Assembly: GCA_023231475.1 (NCBI GenBank)
Contig: JALJEE010002231.1
Coordinates: 1-64,000 of the forward strand
DNA from: Seison nebaliae
Taxonomy: Eukaryota
Reading direction: 5' to 3'
DNA length: 64,000 nucleotides
In this document: piece after piece, positions 1 through 11,257 of the stretch
Position numbering within the stretch: the stretch's first letter is position 1
How the letters are laid out: every line of letters starts with the position of its first letter
Notes under the pieces: model-generated
The model's database searches: none
Told to the model about the DNA's origin: nothing
What the model saw: only the letters and a program-made list of their open reading frames with translations
Position numbers and translations under genes: made by a program

Positions 1-433
1 CAAACGACGAAAACGTCCAAAAAAGTCGTATGTCATTTTTATGTGGAATCGTCGGAGATGTGCAAGATATTGGATATGCATTTGAAGAAAGTGGCAGCGA
101 AACATGTTGAAGCGAAATTCGTGAAATTGAATGCGGAGAAACCACATTTTTTAGTGAAACGTTTGAATATTAAAGTTTATAGTTTTTGTGTTGTTGTTGG
201 GAAGAATATGAAATTTATTAGAATAGGTGATCCCAACAATGGCGGTAGTGATTGACTCTATAATAAAAGATTATATAATCGGATTTAGTGACTTGGGAAA
301 TACAAAAGAGTTTTCCACCTCTGCTCTGGAATGGCGTTTAGCACCATCACAAATGATCGACAGTGACGGGGATGAACTGAAATCAACGATGAGTAATGTG
401 GAATCGTTCCCTTTCCAGATACATCAATACTAA
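1..433 (+). CDS. TXNDC9: Thioredoxin domain-containing protein 9 / phosducin-like PhLP3 (5' partial)
   Basis: Frame from base 1 reads KKVVCHFY..CKILDMHL..FVKLNAEKPHFLVKRLNIK, then intron 175-226 (GTTTAT..TAG), then VIPTMAVV..IIGFSDLGNTKEFSTSALEWRL, matching the family motifs. The 3' end is ambiguous (see findings). Confidence 0.88.
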
Positions 434-1080
434 AAGTAATTTACGAAGGAATGAAGGTGAAGATGCAAATTATCATGAATGGCCACCATCAAAATGGACA
501 AGGAGAGAAGTTTCATCATTATTTCATCTTCTTCATTTAATTTTTTTTTTCGCTCTTCCATATTTCAATAAGATTAATCGACAACTTTGTCAATGTGCAA
601 TCATTCGCACATTCTCTTATCTTTTCGATGAAATACATTTCGTGACATGATCAATTCAGTGCAATCATATATGGATATATTTCCTTAATCGATCTTCCTC
701 TCAAAAAATATGAGAAATATGAGACATCTTCAAAAAGAAATATAACTAAATCTCTAATAGTCAGCGAGTTGTTATAACAATTAAAATTGTTTCGTTATTC
801 GATTTATTCGATTATCACTTTCAATTTCTCGGTGGATTACATAGAATTGCTGCGGAATAATTCGATGAATAAATCGAAACTGAATAATTCGATCTTTATT
901 CCGTATCATTCCTTGATATTTGTCAATAATTCTTCAATGAATAAATCCTTTTTAATGATCAACTCCACATCATTCTTATTTGTATATATCGAATAGGAAG
1001 ACATTTCTTTCAGTTCTTACTAATTGCATTAATTCAGCATCAATGCAATTTCGACAATATAACAATCATTAATTTGATAA

Positions 1081-1614
1081 GTAGTGAGAAGGTGTGCCCG
1101 TGCACCAAAAAGAAGAAGTTCGACTTCTTCTCACCCAAATTAAGAGGATGTGGCGAGAATTGTCTCCTCTTTCACTCAACTACGAAAGAATTTATCAACC
1201 AAACTCATACCAATGATACATTCTCCTGTCTAATTAAAGGAAATTGATCACTTACTTAGTCGATGGAGCGAAACCATGCTTCATTCCGTCGAAATTCAAG
1301 GATTAAGTGATGAATCCCATAATAATCAATCTCACTTTCCTCACCATAAATATCATCATCGTGTCAAGCAAATTATCACAAATTACGAATAATTACTTTA
1401 CTTTATTCAGATCGTAAAAATAAAAAGTTCTGATGAAAATCATTGTTTGCTCTTTGGCAATATTCTCACTTCAATACATTTCTCTTCAATTCTAATTTGG
1501 GATTTGCGTCGAATCGTTTCTCTTTCATCTCTCCTCTTACATGTCTGGTCATTGTCGATTCCCTGTGAAGTTTTCATGGATTTCATGAGAAAACATTTCG
1601 TCGAATCTAAATAG
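1081..1614 (+). pseudogene. Possible decayed coding sequence, product unknown
   Basis: About 178 codons in one frame interrupted by only three TAA stops (1141, 1231, 1390), with protein-like composition (EDVARIVSSFTQLRKNL.., LKEIDHLLSRWSETML..). No homolog recognised. Confidence 0.3.
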
Positions 1615-1960
1615 CCAATTTAACTCCACACGTCAAAATGAAAGTTCGGAAGAAAACAATCGGAAATAATTTTATTGGTCTTCACAACTCCCTTTTATTA
1701 TCTTCGACTAATTTGGCCGGAGGAGAAGTTCGTTTCATTTAATCATTCCATTTCCCAGAAGAAGTCGATCATTAAAATTTTTCATATTTATCAAATTGCC
1801 TTCTCTCTCTCCTCTCTTTTCTTAGAGAAGGAAGAGAAAATGTTTATTTTTAACGCAATTCCTTTTGTTAACTCACGGAGCAATTTATGTCGTTAAAAAA
1901 AATGAAAGAAATTGAAATTTTCGTTCGGGAAAAGAAAAAATTCATTTTTGAAATGTTTCG

Positions 1961-2391
1961 TTATCTTCTCGATTCATGTCGTCCATCTCTTCTATATATG
2001 CACGTTCCAATTCGTATTTTGAGGAAGTAATATTGAAGAATGATGCCAATTTACCACCCGTCCAATTGAAAGCTGGAATAAATGAAAATCTTTCAAAAAT
2101 AATTGAAAAAACCTTCAAGAATATTTATCGTGAAATTCGCCATTTTATACCAGACAAACTGAGTGAACTAAACAGAATATTTATTCGAACTTCCATAAAT
2201 AAAAATGAAACAGATGTCGTATTCTGATTAAAAGACTTCTTGAAACTTCTTAATTGATCATCCTCTTTTTCTGATTCATCTGAATCATTGTATGATTCGA
2301 AGTAAACACCATCACTATAATATACCCATTTTCCATCCACCTCCTCTTCCTGCGGTTTGTCATGCAAATCGGTTTGACAAATATTATTCAT
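1961..2391 (-). CDS. FAM177A1: FAM177 family protein
   Basis: Reads WVYYSDGVYFESYNDSDESE and, after introns 2159-2190 (GTTCGA..CAG, 32 nt) and 2073-2112 (GTTTTT..CAG), FNWTGGKLASFFNITSSKYE, resembling the FAM177 motifs HFSDG..EEYSTDEE and GEKLA.FFGIT.PKYQ. Confidence 0.75.
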
Positions 2392-3136
2392 CTTGTAACA
2401 TTACCAGACAATAGACAATGGAAACGGAAATATTCCAATTTTTTCAGATAATATTATTTGTGAAGAGGAAAATTCCAAAGAAAATTTAATGAACAATTTT
2501 TTTAAAAACTCAAGCTCGGAAAATAGTAACTTCCATTCCCGTTTTATGAATGGGTACTATGGGTAAATGTTTCACCAGAGAACCATAATTCTTTAATGAT
2601 TCATCATCATAATTGGCTAATAACAAATCTTTCCCCATTTCTTTTGTTTCTAAATGATATTTTTGATGATATGTTTCTCATTGAAAAAAAAAGGAATGTT
2701 TCTAATGATTCTCATGTTCATTAGAAACTTCTCCTTTATATTCTCTTAAGAGGGGAAATGTGCACTACACAAATGACACATCAATTTACTGTATATCTTC
2801 CTCTCATGTAGCAGATGGTATTTTGTAGTTAGCAATCAAATAAAACATAGTGTAACTTAATGAAATTCCTTTTTAAATTGGCACGTACACCTCAACATTT
2901 TAATTCATTATAATCAATTAGTTTAAAATCTTCTAATATCGTTCCAAAAATGAAAATCGTCGATTGGAACCGAGTTATCCAGCTGTAGATAATAGAAATG
3001 AAAACAAAAATTAATTTGGAAAGAAATAGATAAAATTGAAGAATCAATATTTTTTTTAAAATTTTTATATTCAAACCTTAAGCTTTAGTAATTACAACAA
3101 CAACAATTTCGATTTGTTGAACAAACCATTTTATAT

Positions 3137-3215
3137 CTTTCTTTTAAGTAAAATTTTCAGTGAAACGGTTTCAACGTGAAACGAATTGATAATTTCTTTC
3201 GTATTTTTCTCCTAG
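3137..3215 (+). promoter_or_regulatory. Pyrimidine (TCT/TOP-like) start motif and probable 5'UTR intron of RPL27
   Basis: CTTTCTTTT at 3137-3145, followed by a 48-nt GTTTCA..TTCTCCTAG segment (3168-3215) upstream of the ATG. TCT/TOP starts are typical of ribosomal protein genes. Confidence 0.45.
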
Positions 3216-3257
3216 GCAGATAATTTCAATTGTGATTTATTTGAAAATCTTATCGAA

Positions 3258-3768
3258 ATGGGTAAAATATTGAAACCGATGAAGGGAGTGATTATGTTGA
3301 ATGGGAAATATGCAGGAAAGAAGGGAATCATTCTCAAACTACATGAAGATCCGACTGATGCAGTTCATCCTTATGGATGTGCGTTAGTCGCGGGAATTAA
3401 GAAGTGTCCTCTACGAGTAACGAAGAAGATGCCAATGACCAAGATTCGTCGACGAACAACAATCAAAGCATTTGTCAAAGTCGTCAATTATTCTCATTTG
3501 ATGGTCACGAGGTTTGTACCATAATCATATTTGTTATAAACATCATCTGTTTACAGACATACTTTCGATACGAAACTCATGTTCCCCAATTGGAAGAAAC
3601 TAATGATTTCTCCGGAAAGCAAGAAGAAATTCTCCAATGAATTAGGAAAACTATTCACAGAAAAGTTAATTTTTTCTCATTGAAAAACTCACTTTTTTCA
3701 TTCGTCACATAATGAATAGGTATCGTAAAGGTGACAGTTCGTGGTTGTTTCAAAAGTTGCGATTCTAA
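3258..3768 (+). CDS. RPL27: 60S ribosomal protein L27 (eL27)
   Basis: MGKILKPMK..GKYAGKK..PYGCALVAGI..IKAFVKVVNYSHLMVTR; introns 3512-3556 and 3665-3719 (both GTT..AG) restore the conserved C-terminus YRKGDSSWLFQKLRF*. Confidence 0.96.
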
Positions 3769-4139
3769 TTGAAATTACTTTCTTCTGTTTTTTTCTTATT
3801 TCTAATAAAAACAAATCTTGTGATTATTCACCTTTTCACAATAATTTCCGAAGAATAATAAAATGATATTTTAATAAAATTTTAAATAGTTTAATTGAGA
3901 AGACATGTTTTTTAGTATTCAATTTTTAATAATTATCAGGAATTATTTCTTTAATTAATTATTTTTTATGTTTAAATTATTTGGTGAATAAGCTTAAATT
4001 TCAAAAAAAACAGAAATTTTTTGAATATTTTTTCTAAGAAAATTCAAATTTTAAGCTTTTAAATTCGAGGGGAATTTCTCGATGTTTTCGTCCTTCAACC
4101 TTGCCATCTCACATAAATTTTAACGATTAAAAGGAGGAG

Positions 4140-6380
4140 ATGCATTTGCGTAAACAAATTCAGAATAGTATCAAGGATGCATCGAATACGATGAGGAAAC
4201 GTTTTAATTTAATCGAACGAAGTATCGATTGGTTCAATAATCGGAAAGGTGAAGAATGTGACATTGTGATTATTTGGAATAAGAATGAACCGATCGAGAA
4301 TTTGCTTTGGTTGTCTTATCGTCTTCAATTCCATTCGGATGATATGAAGGACAATACGGGACTTTTAATTGGTATTAAGGAACATGAGATGACACGTGCT
4401 CTCTGTCTCTATTGTACGGCAACGGAGGAGGCGTTCGAGAAAGGAAGAAAATTATTAAATATTCAATCAGATCGCGATTTGACATCTGGTGAGAGACAAG
4501 AGATAGTGATGATGTTATTGAATGAAATGAAAAATGATTCGGAAGAAGATTGGAAATTGAGTGAATTGGTGACGATTAAACGTCATCAAAAAATCATCGG
4601 AAAATTGAGAAGGAAGAAAGCTATCACTGGTATCTTTCCATTGCACAATATGGAAGAGTTGAAATTAATTGGACATGAATGGATTCATTCATCACTTTGG
4701 GATGTACCACTTGATCATTTGAATAGTTATTATGGAAATTCTATCGCTCTTTATTACGATTGGTTGTCTTATCTCGTCAAATGGTTAAGTGGACCAGCTG
4801 TTTGTGGAGTAATTTTGTATTTGTATACTAATTATATTTTGGGTGTCTCCCTTCCTAAAATGTATTCGCTTCTTCTCCAAACTGACCAAGAAGAGATTGA
4901 TCGGGAGAAAATTGAGAATTTCTGTCTCTCATATGTTTTCTATTCGATCTTTCTCGTTTTCTGGTGTATCGTCCATCAACGACTTTGGAGACGACGTGAA
5001 TGGGATCATGCTATCAATTGGGGAACTATTGATATGAAAGAGAAATTATTACAAGATGCACGTCCTGAATATTATGGAATAGCAGAACGATCAGAAATTA
5101 CAGGAGAAATTGAATTAGTTTATCCAAGATGGAAACGACATATCTTCCGTCTTTTCGTATCAATTCCATCTACTATTATTCTTCTTCTATTTCTATTTTA
5201 TATTCAAATAAGTATGCAAACACTCGTTCACAAAACGAATGAAGAGAGTAATTCATTAATTGGTAGTCTAATAAAAATGATCGGGAGTCAAATCACAAAA
5301 TTAATTTTGGGATCATTAATTTCATTCGGTAATCGAATTTATAGAAATTTAGCATATTGGCTAAACAAGAAAGAGAACTATCGAGAACAATCCACTTACG
5401 ACAATCAATTGACAATAAAATTATTGTTGTTCTATTCACTCAATTCTTATACGAGTCTCTTCTACACTTTCTTCTATTTGAATGATTATCAGTTGTTGTA
5501 TGAACAAATTTCTGCTTTGCTAATCTATCAACCGTTAGTTGATAATTTTAATGAAGCTATTCTCCCACTCATTAAATGGAATGCGAAACATTATCAACGG
5601 CAAATGATGGAGAAAGCGAAAGATCATTTAAAATCGATGACAAAGAATATCAAAAAAGAAATTTTTCATTTTTCTTCATCATCTTCTCATTCTTCTTCCA
5701 CCACCGATCTATCCAAAAATGCTGATTCCATAACTATCGATGTTATGTTAGATCGATGTCGAAGTCATTTCAATTCGATTGAAACATTAAACCGAGATGT
5801 TGATTCTGAAGAATTTGAAAAATTTCTCGTTCAATTTTACATCGAAGATGAACAACTTCATTTGACGGAAAAGTCGAAAAACGACGAACCGAGTCAAGTA
5901 GAAATCGAAATGCAAATGAAAGAATCGAAAGACATTCTTTATGACTTCATTCAAATGTATATCCGATATGGACATATTTGTCTATTTGGGGCATTCTATC
6001 CATTAACTTGTTTCTTCGCTTTCCTTCACAACATTGTCGAATTGAGAAGTGATGGATTTAAAATGTCTTTCTCTTTCCGACGACCTCTTTGCAAGAGAGC
6101 GAACAGTATCGGAGAATGGAATTCAGCGTTTAGTCTTCTCTCTTACATCAGTATCTGTCATTGTCTCATATTAATTTATCGATGTGGTATCGCTAAGAAT
6201 CTCCTCACAAATTATTCTCTTTACAATCTTATTCTTCTTCTCGTTTATTCGGAGAAAATTCTATTTCTTCTCAAATATTTATTCGAACGAACAATTGGAA
6301 TTGTTCCTTATCGTGTTAAAGTTCTCTTAGCCAAACGGGAATATGAGAGAAAACAACAATATTTCTTATTGAATCAATAA
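4140..6380 (+). CDS. Anoctamin/TMEM16, ANO8/ANO10-like, single exon
   Basis: 746-aa ORF with IFPLH, PLDHLNSYYGNSIALYY, RPEY, ENYR, NSYTSLFY, ELRSDGFK and RRP..SIGEW motifs and multiple hydrophobic segments. Confidence 0.9.
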   Translation: MHLRKQIQNSIKDASNTMRKRFNLIERSIDWFNNRKGEECDIVIIWNKNEPIENLLWLSYRLQFHSDDMKDNTGLLIGIKEHEMTRALCLYCTATEEAFEKGRKLLNIQSDRDLTSGERQEIVMMLLNEMKNDSEEDWKLSELVTIKRHQKIIGKLRRKKAITGIFPLHNMEELKLIGHEWIHSSLWDVPLDHLNSYYGNSIALYYDWLSYLVKWLSGPAVCGVILYLYTNYILGVSLPKMYSLLLQTDQEEIDREKIENFCLSYVFYSIFLVFWCIVHQRLWRRREWDHAINWGTIDMKEKLLQDARPEYYGIAERSEITGEIELVYPRWKRHIFRLFVSIPSTIILLLFLFYIQISMQTLVHKTNEESNSLIGSLIKMIGSQITKLILGSLISFGNRIYRNLAYWLNKKENYREQSTYDNQLTIKLLLFYSLNSYTSLFYTFFYLNDYQLLYEQISALLIYQPLVDNFNEAILPLIKWNAKHYQRQMMEKAKDHLKSMTKNIKKEIFHFSSSSSHSSSTTDLSKNADSITIDVMLDRCRSHFNSIETLNRDVDSEEFEKFLVQFYIEDEQLHLTEKSKNDEPSQVEIEMQMKESKDILYDFIQMYIRYGHICLFGAFYPLTCFFAFLHNIVELRSDGFKMSFSFRRPLCKRANSIGEWNSAFSLLSYISICHCLILIYRCGIAKNLLTNYSLYNLILLLVYSEKILFLLKYLFERTIGIVPYRVKVLLAKREYERKQQYFLLNQ

Positions 6381-6845
6381 CACATTTCATCTGACAACTC
6401 TAACTCTCTAAACATATTTCTCTCTTTCTCTCTTTTAAATTATTATCTTTATTAAATTATTGCTTTTCAACAACTAATTTTCATGTGCTAACTTGATGCA
6501 TTATTATTCTCTTTTACTCTTTATATAACATTTCGGTGCGGAAAAAATTTGAAAAAAAAATACAAATTTTTTCTAATTCTTTCCAATTTTTCTTCCCAGA
6601 TTTCATTTTTATTGTCTCTTTTGAGATGAGAAGTCAACTGAATTGTTGTAGTGATTAAAGTGAAAGTGATTTCATTTCATTGTCTCAAAAATTGTCATTC
6701 ACAAAATTAAAAAAAAAATCTTCCTCCTCATAAATATCACAAATAAAAAAACAGCAGAATCACAAAGAAAAAAGTTTTTTCCTTTAAATTTTTCTGGATA
6801 TTCATTTTAACCACAATACGATTCAAATTAGATTTATTGAATAAA

Positions 6846-8069
6846 TTATGCTTTCGCTAAATTCTTGAACATATTCATCTCCATTTTCAACAAATCTTGA
6901 TTGACGTCCTTGAACGATTGATTTACCGATTCCATTTTCTCTGGTGCTTTACCTTGACTATTGGACATTGGTGATGATGATGTAGATTTGGTGACAGAGA
7001 GAGCGTTCTTCATTTTTTTGATAAAGAATTCTACTGCAGCAAAGTTGACGTCCATCAAGACGATGGTGAATAGAATGGTTCCGAGAACGATATAAGCCAC
7101 ATATCCCAAAGATGAAGATGTTTCGATTTCCGTTTTGTATTTGATGAGAATCTGTTGAATGATCTTCTCCGTTTCCTTCTGTAGTTCTTCGATATGTTTC
7201 TTCACCTTTTCTGTTCTTTCGTAAAGAATGACTTGAACATCATTCGTATCCAACGAATCTAATAGGAATAATAAAATATTTTTCCAAAATGGAAAACTAT
7301 CACCTGAATTACATGTCATATTTGGCAACACTTCCACCACCGGAGTGTTCGATCCATCAACTGTCTTTTGTCGACGCACTGTACACAAAGCTTTATTTAG
7401 AACAAAATGAGCTTCGCCTTTCTTAGGTGGTACAAATACAGAGGGAGTAATTTCTTCATTAGAAATTGCTGTAGCTTCACTTCCTGTTGATCCACTCTCA
7501 TCGTTAGTAGTAGTAGTAGCCTCCGTATCAGCTTCAGTAGTTGCTGCTTCTGTTGTTGGTGATTCAGTCGTTATTGAATCGTCAATCGTAATCACAGAAC
7601 AATCTGATATGACATTTATTAAATTTCATCAGAAATTAACTTTTAACCCTCTGTGGTGACAATATTGGTTTCTTCTACAGTGGTAGTCGTTTCTTCAGTA
7701 GTGGTAGTCGCTTCTTCAGTAGTGGTAGTCGCTTCTTCAGTTGTGGTAGTCGCTTCTTCAGTAGTGGTAGTCGATGCCGTTGTTGTGGCTTCGTCGGTAG
7801 TCGGCGAACCAGTAGTTGGAATAATACACTGCTCATTGTTATATTCAATATTAGAAACTTGTCTTGAGTTGAAGAAAATTAATAAGAAAATTAATTTAAC
7901 TTTCCTGGTCTACGTCGCTATTGTTGATGGTGAATGTCTGGTCTGGACTATCATTCGTTTTTATAACGACCTGGCTGGTATCATCTCCAACTGTCACAAT
8001 TATTTCATCCAAACAACGATAGTGTTCAAATGAAACGCAAAGGATGAGAAAAAGGAAAATTTTCGTCAT
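6846..8069 (-). CDS. Orphan type-I membrane mucin-like protein
   Basis: Signal-like MTKIFLFLILCVSF; introns 7858-7900 and 7604-7647 (GTTAAA donors) join Thr/Glu-rich TTTTEEA repeats to a Cys-containing region, a TM segment (LGYVAYIVLGTILFTIVLM) and a cytoplasmic tail. Confidence 0.7.
7680..7773. repeat. 21-bp coding tandem repeat, about 4.5 copies
   Basis: GTGGTAGTCGCTTCTTCAGTA units starting at 7680, 7701, 7722, 7743 and 7764 encode TTTTEEA on the minus strand. Confidence 0.9.
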
Positions 8070-8451
8070 TTCTTATATGCCTAAGTTGACAGAAGAAATT
8101 GAAAAAGTTCTTTCAAATTGGAAATGACTGCCAGTTTTCTTTTGAAAAGAACATGCCTATTTAAAGAGGAAAAATCGATATCTCATCGATTCGTCGTTGC
8201 TAAGGTATACATTCCGGAAAGTGAATTTGACATTGCAAGTAACGAAAAAAATCAATAACGGAGTTTGATAGTGGAATAGGAAAAACAATAATAAATTTTT
8301 CAAATTACAGCTAATTACTGCGTATGATATTGCCGTAGTTCCATTTGACCATAACAGAACGATAAATGTCAAAAGGGGACGAACGAATTTATTAATATAG
8401 TAAAATAGATTTAAAGACATTATTTAAAATTTATCGAATATTCGAGATTAA

Positions 8452-9998
8452 TTAAGACCAAATTAAAGTTGAATAATGTTGCTGAAGAACGTGACGTAAT
8501 TCGTCAGCATGCGATCGACCTGTAGTTTCGACGACACATTTCACCTGAACAGAATGAATATCAGATTTCAACCAAGCTCTCTCATGATACATGTCCTTCA
8601 CACTGGAGTGTATGAGAAGAAGAATAAGGGAAATCCATTAAAACTAATTGAAGTTAGTTAAAGAGAACCTTATTCCTACTTCCGTCATTCGATGAGTCAA
8701 TTCTTCGAGACTACCTGGTCGATCCGATATAATAACATGGAAACGAACTAATCGTCCATCTTCCGCCAATCCTCTTTCGATGACTCGACCTAATACCGTC
8801 GTATCTATGTTACCTCCACACAACGGAATGACCACATTCTTTCCTTTTAATTCCGGAAGGAGATTTTGTAATAATGCTGCAACACCAGCCGCCCCTGCCC
8901 CTTCCACCACCGTCTTTTCCACTTCCATCAATCTTAATACTGCCAAAGCTATAAATTCTTCTTCCACTACTACCACTTTGTCCACATATTGCTTAGCGGT
9001 AGCGAAAGCATTATATCCCACCACCGACACAGCTAGACCATCAGCTAAACTACTTTCTGATGGACAATATACCGGACCATCATTCTCTAACGCCTTCATA
9101 TAACTAGCACATCTGACAGATTCTACTCCGATAACTTGAACTTCAGGACGTACTTGTTTAATTGCCAATGAGATACCTGCAATCAAACCGGCACCACCAA
9201 TTGGCACAATAACAGCATCTAAATTTTCCACTTGATCTAACATTTCTAAGCCTACAGTACCTTGGCCTTGAAGGATGTGCGGATGATCATAACTGAATGA
9301 ACAGTAAGAGTTTGCGGAGGACAATGGACAAAGAAGCCAACCCGTTTAAGTATCGAAGTTGAACATATTTCCGTAATTTTAATGCGATTCTTCGAGAACT
9401 TTCCAAATTTTTCCCCTTTACTAAAACTATTGCTCCATGTGAACGACATAATTGAATCTGAGAAAAACTTTTAAAGAAATAGTTCCAAATGAAGAAACTT
9501 TCATAATTGGTGCCATTGTTGGCATAATTACGACTACTGGAATATTTAATTGTTTTGCATGGTAACAAAGCGCTTGAGCATGATTTCCAGCACTCGCAGC
9601 AATAATTCCATTTTCCTTCTCCTTCTTCGACAACAAAAGAAGAGCATTTCTTGCACCTCTTTCTTTGAAACTCCCCGTGTATTGGAGATTCTCCTTCTTT
9701 AGATAGAGATCCAGACCTAACATTGATCCCAAATGAGATTTCTAAAATTATCACAATACATCCTCTTACAAACTAATCACTTTCCAACTTTACAAGGCGT
9801 TCGAACAATGTGACTTCGACAACGTATAGCAGCCGCCGAAATGTCATGGAAGTAAATGGATTTCGGTTGTTTCGGGTCGCAAAATTCATCGAATAAATCA
9901 TTAGCATCATCCATTTCTAGATCAATCTCATTTAAATCTATTTTTCCCAGAGCTACCATAATTTCTTCCATTCTTTTATCATATTGCTCGTCATTCAT
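8452..9998 (-). CDS. L-threonine/serine ammonia-lyase (PLP-dependent) with C-terminal ACT domain
   Basis: KKENLQYTGSFKERGA, AASAGNHAQ, GQGTVGLE, VPIGGAGLIAG, LADGLAV, VEGAGA, LCGGNID and ACT motif ISDRPGSL. Introns 9742-9788, 9458-9498, 9293-9341 and 8603-8668 are all GTT..AG. Confidence 0.93.
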
Positions 9999-10839
9999 CT
10001 TCCTCCAAAATCTTTTTCGATTCTTTATATTCCGATTAAGCAATGGAATTTGATGCTACGTACCTAATTGTTTATTAGGATATTAAACAAATGTAGACGA
10101 CTAATCTTAAATTACTGGAAAACATTGCCAACTGGTCAAAATGAAGGATGTCGATGAAAAGATGGTTAATTGAAAAATTGGCCATCGAACAATTTATCGG
10201 ATATTCTCATTCGTCATTTTCCTTTTACTTCTTAATTCTTCTGGTTTTTACTCCTTCTAAAGATAAGAATAGTATATTTCTCTCTCAAATCTTTCTAATA
10301 TTGTGTCAATTATTTACTTGATATCTCTTTCTCACATGATAATTATTTCTAAATTTTAAGATATAGAACATCGAAATAGATGAATTATATGTTACGAGAA
10401 CTTGAAACTTAATGTCATTTTATTTAACAATGGAGAATGTCAATTTCATGTTTCCATAAAAGTTGAATTCTGAAGATTTAGAGATAGATTGAATAAAACT
10501 TGAGATCAACATTTGAGAACTTGAGAACTGTTTAACAATAATAAAACCATTAAAAATTAATTTCATACGATAATTTTAATTTCATTATTTTATTATTTTC
10601 ATTAAATTTATTTCTGAAATTGTAAAATATTCGTTTCAAACGAATTTGAAGCAAAATGAATTTCGATTAAGAAGTTCACATATTGGAAGTTCACATCATC
10701 ACTTTCATCATTTCAGTTTTAGGAAAATTTGAAAATTCCAAAGTTTCAAAATTTAGGTTCAATGAATTAAAGTCGTTGAGTACAATAAGAAATTCTTCGA
10801 AGGACTTCAATTTCCATTGAACAATTTTGGGGAATAAAG

Positions 10840-11213
10840 ATGAATTTCCATCAGAAGTTTCCAATTGTTCAATTAATTCGTTGGAATTCGAATAGAACGT
10901 TGGTCGGACGTTATTCTCGAATTCAATCGAAAATGTATGAAACGAATTTAGTGGAAGCGAATGGTTCTGTTACTCGAATCCGATATGAAAGTCCACGTCG
11001 AATAATTTTCGTTAATTCATTTCTTCAATTTCTCGTCAATGTCGATTTCAGTTGCCGTTGGATGTGAATGAATTGAATGAGAAGGAGAAGAAGGATTGGA
11101 TTCGAATGAAGACACCAAAACATGAAACTGAAAAATTTGTAGAGACGGAAGATGTGATGATTCGGAATGAGAGAAAGAAACGATTATCATCATACAGAAA
11201 TTTAATAAAATAA
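10840..11213 (+). CDS. MRPL55: Mitochondrial ribosomal protein L55 (bL31m)
   Basis: RWNSNRT..YETNLVEANGSVTRIRYESPRRIIF, then intron 11011-11051, then LPLDVNELNEKEK, matching the L55 pattern. Confidence 0.82.
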
Positions 11214-11257
11214 ATTGTATTTCTTCTTCAGATTTTATTTCGTAGATTAAATCAAAT

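Noticed and set aside
1081..1614. Alternative genetic code (TAA read as Gln)
   Set aside because: TAA, TAG and TGA all end conserved genes at the expected positions (RPL27, PSMD12, NUS1, POLDIP2), and stops inside genes are explained by introns.
1976..2227. 83-aa plus-strand ORF
   Set aside because: Antisense shadow of the FAM177 gene.
7653..8033. Val/Ser-rich ORF (VVVVASS repeats)
   Set aside because: Antisense reading of the TTTTEEA mucin repeat.
8452..9998. Threonine dehydratase as a bacterial horizontal transfer
   Set aside because: It has four host-type introns and this ACT-bearing family occurs in invertebrates; a phylogeny would be needed to claim transfer.
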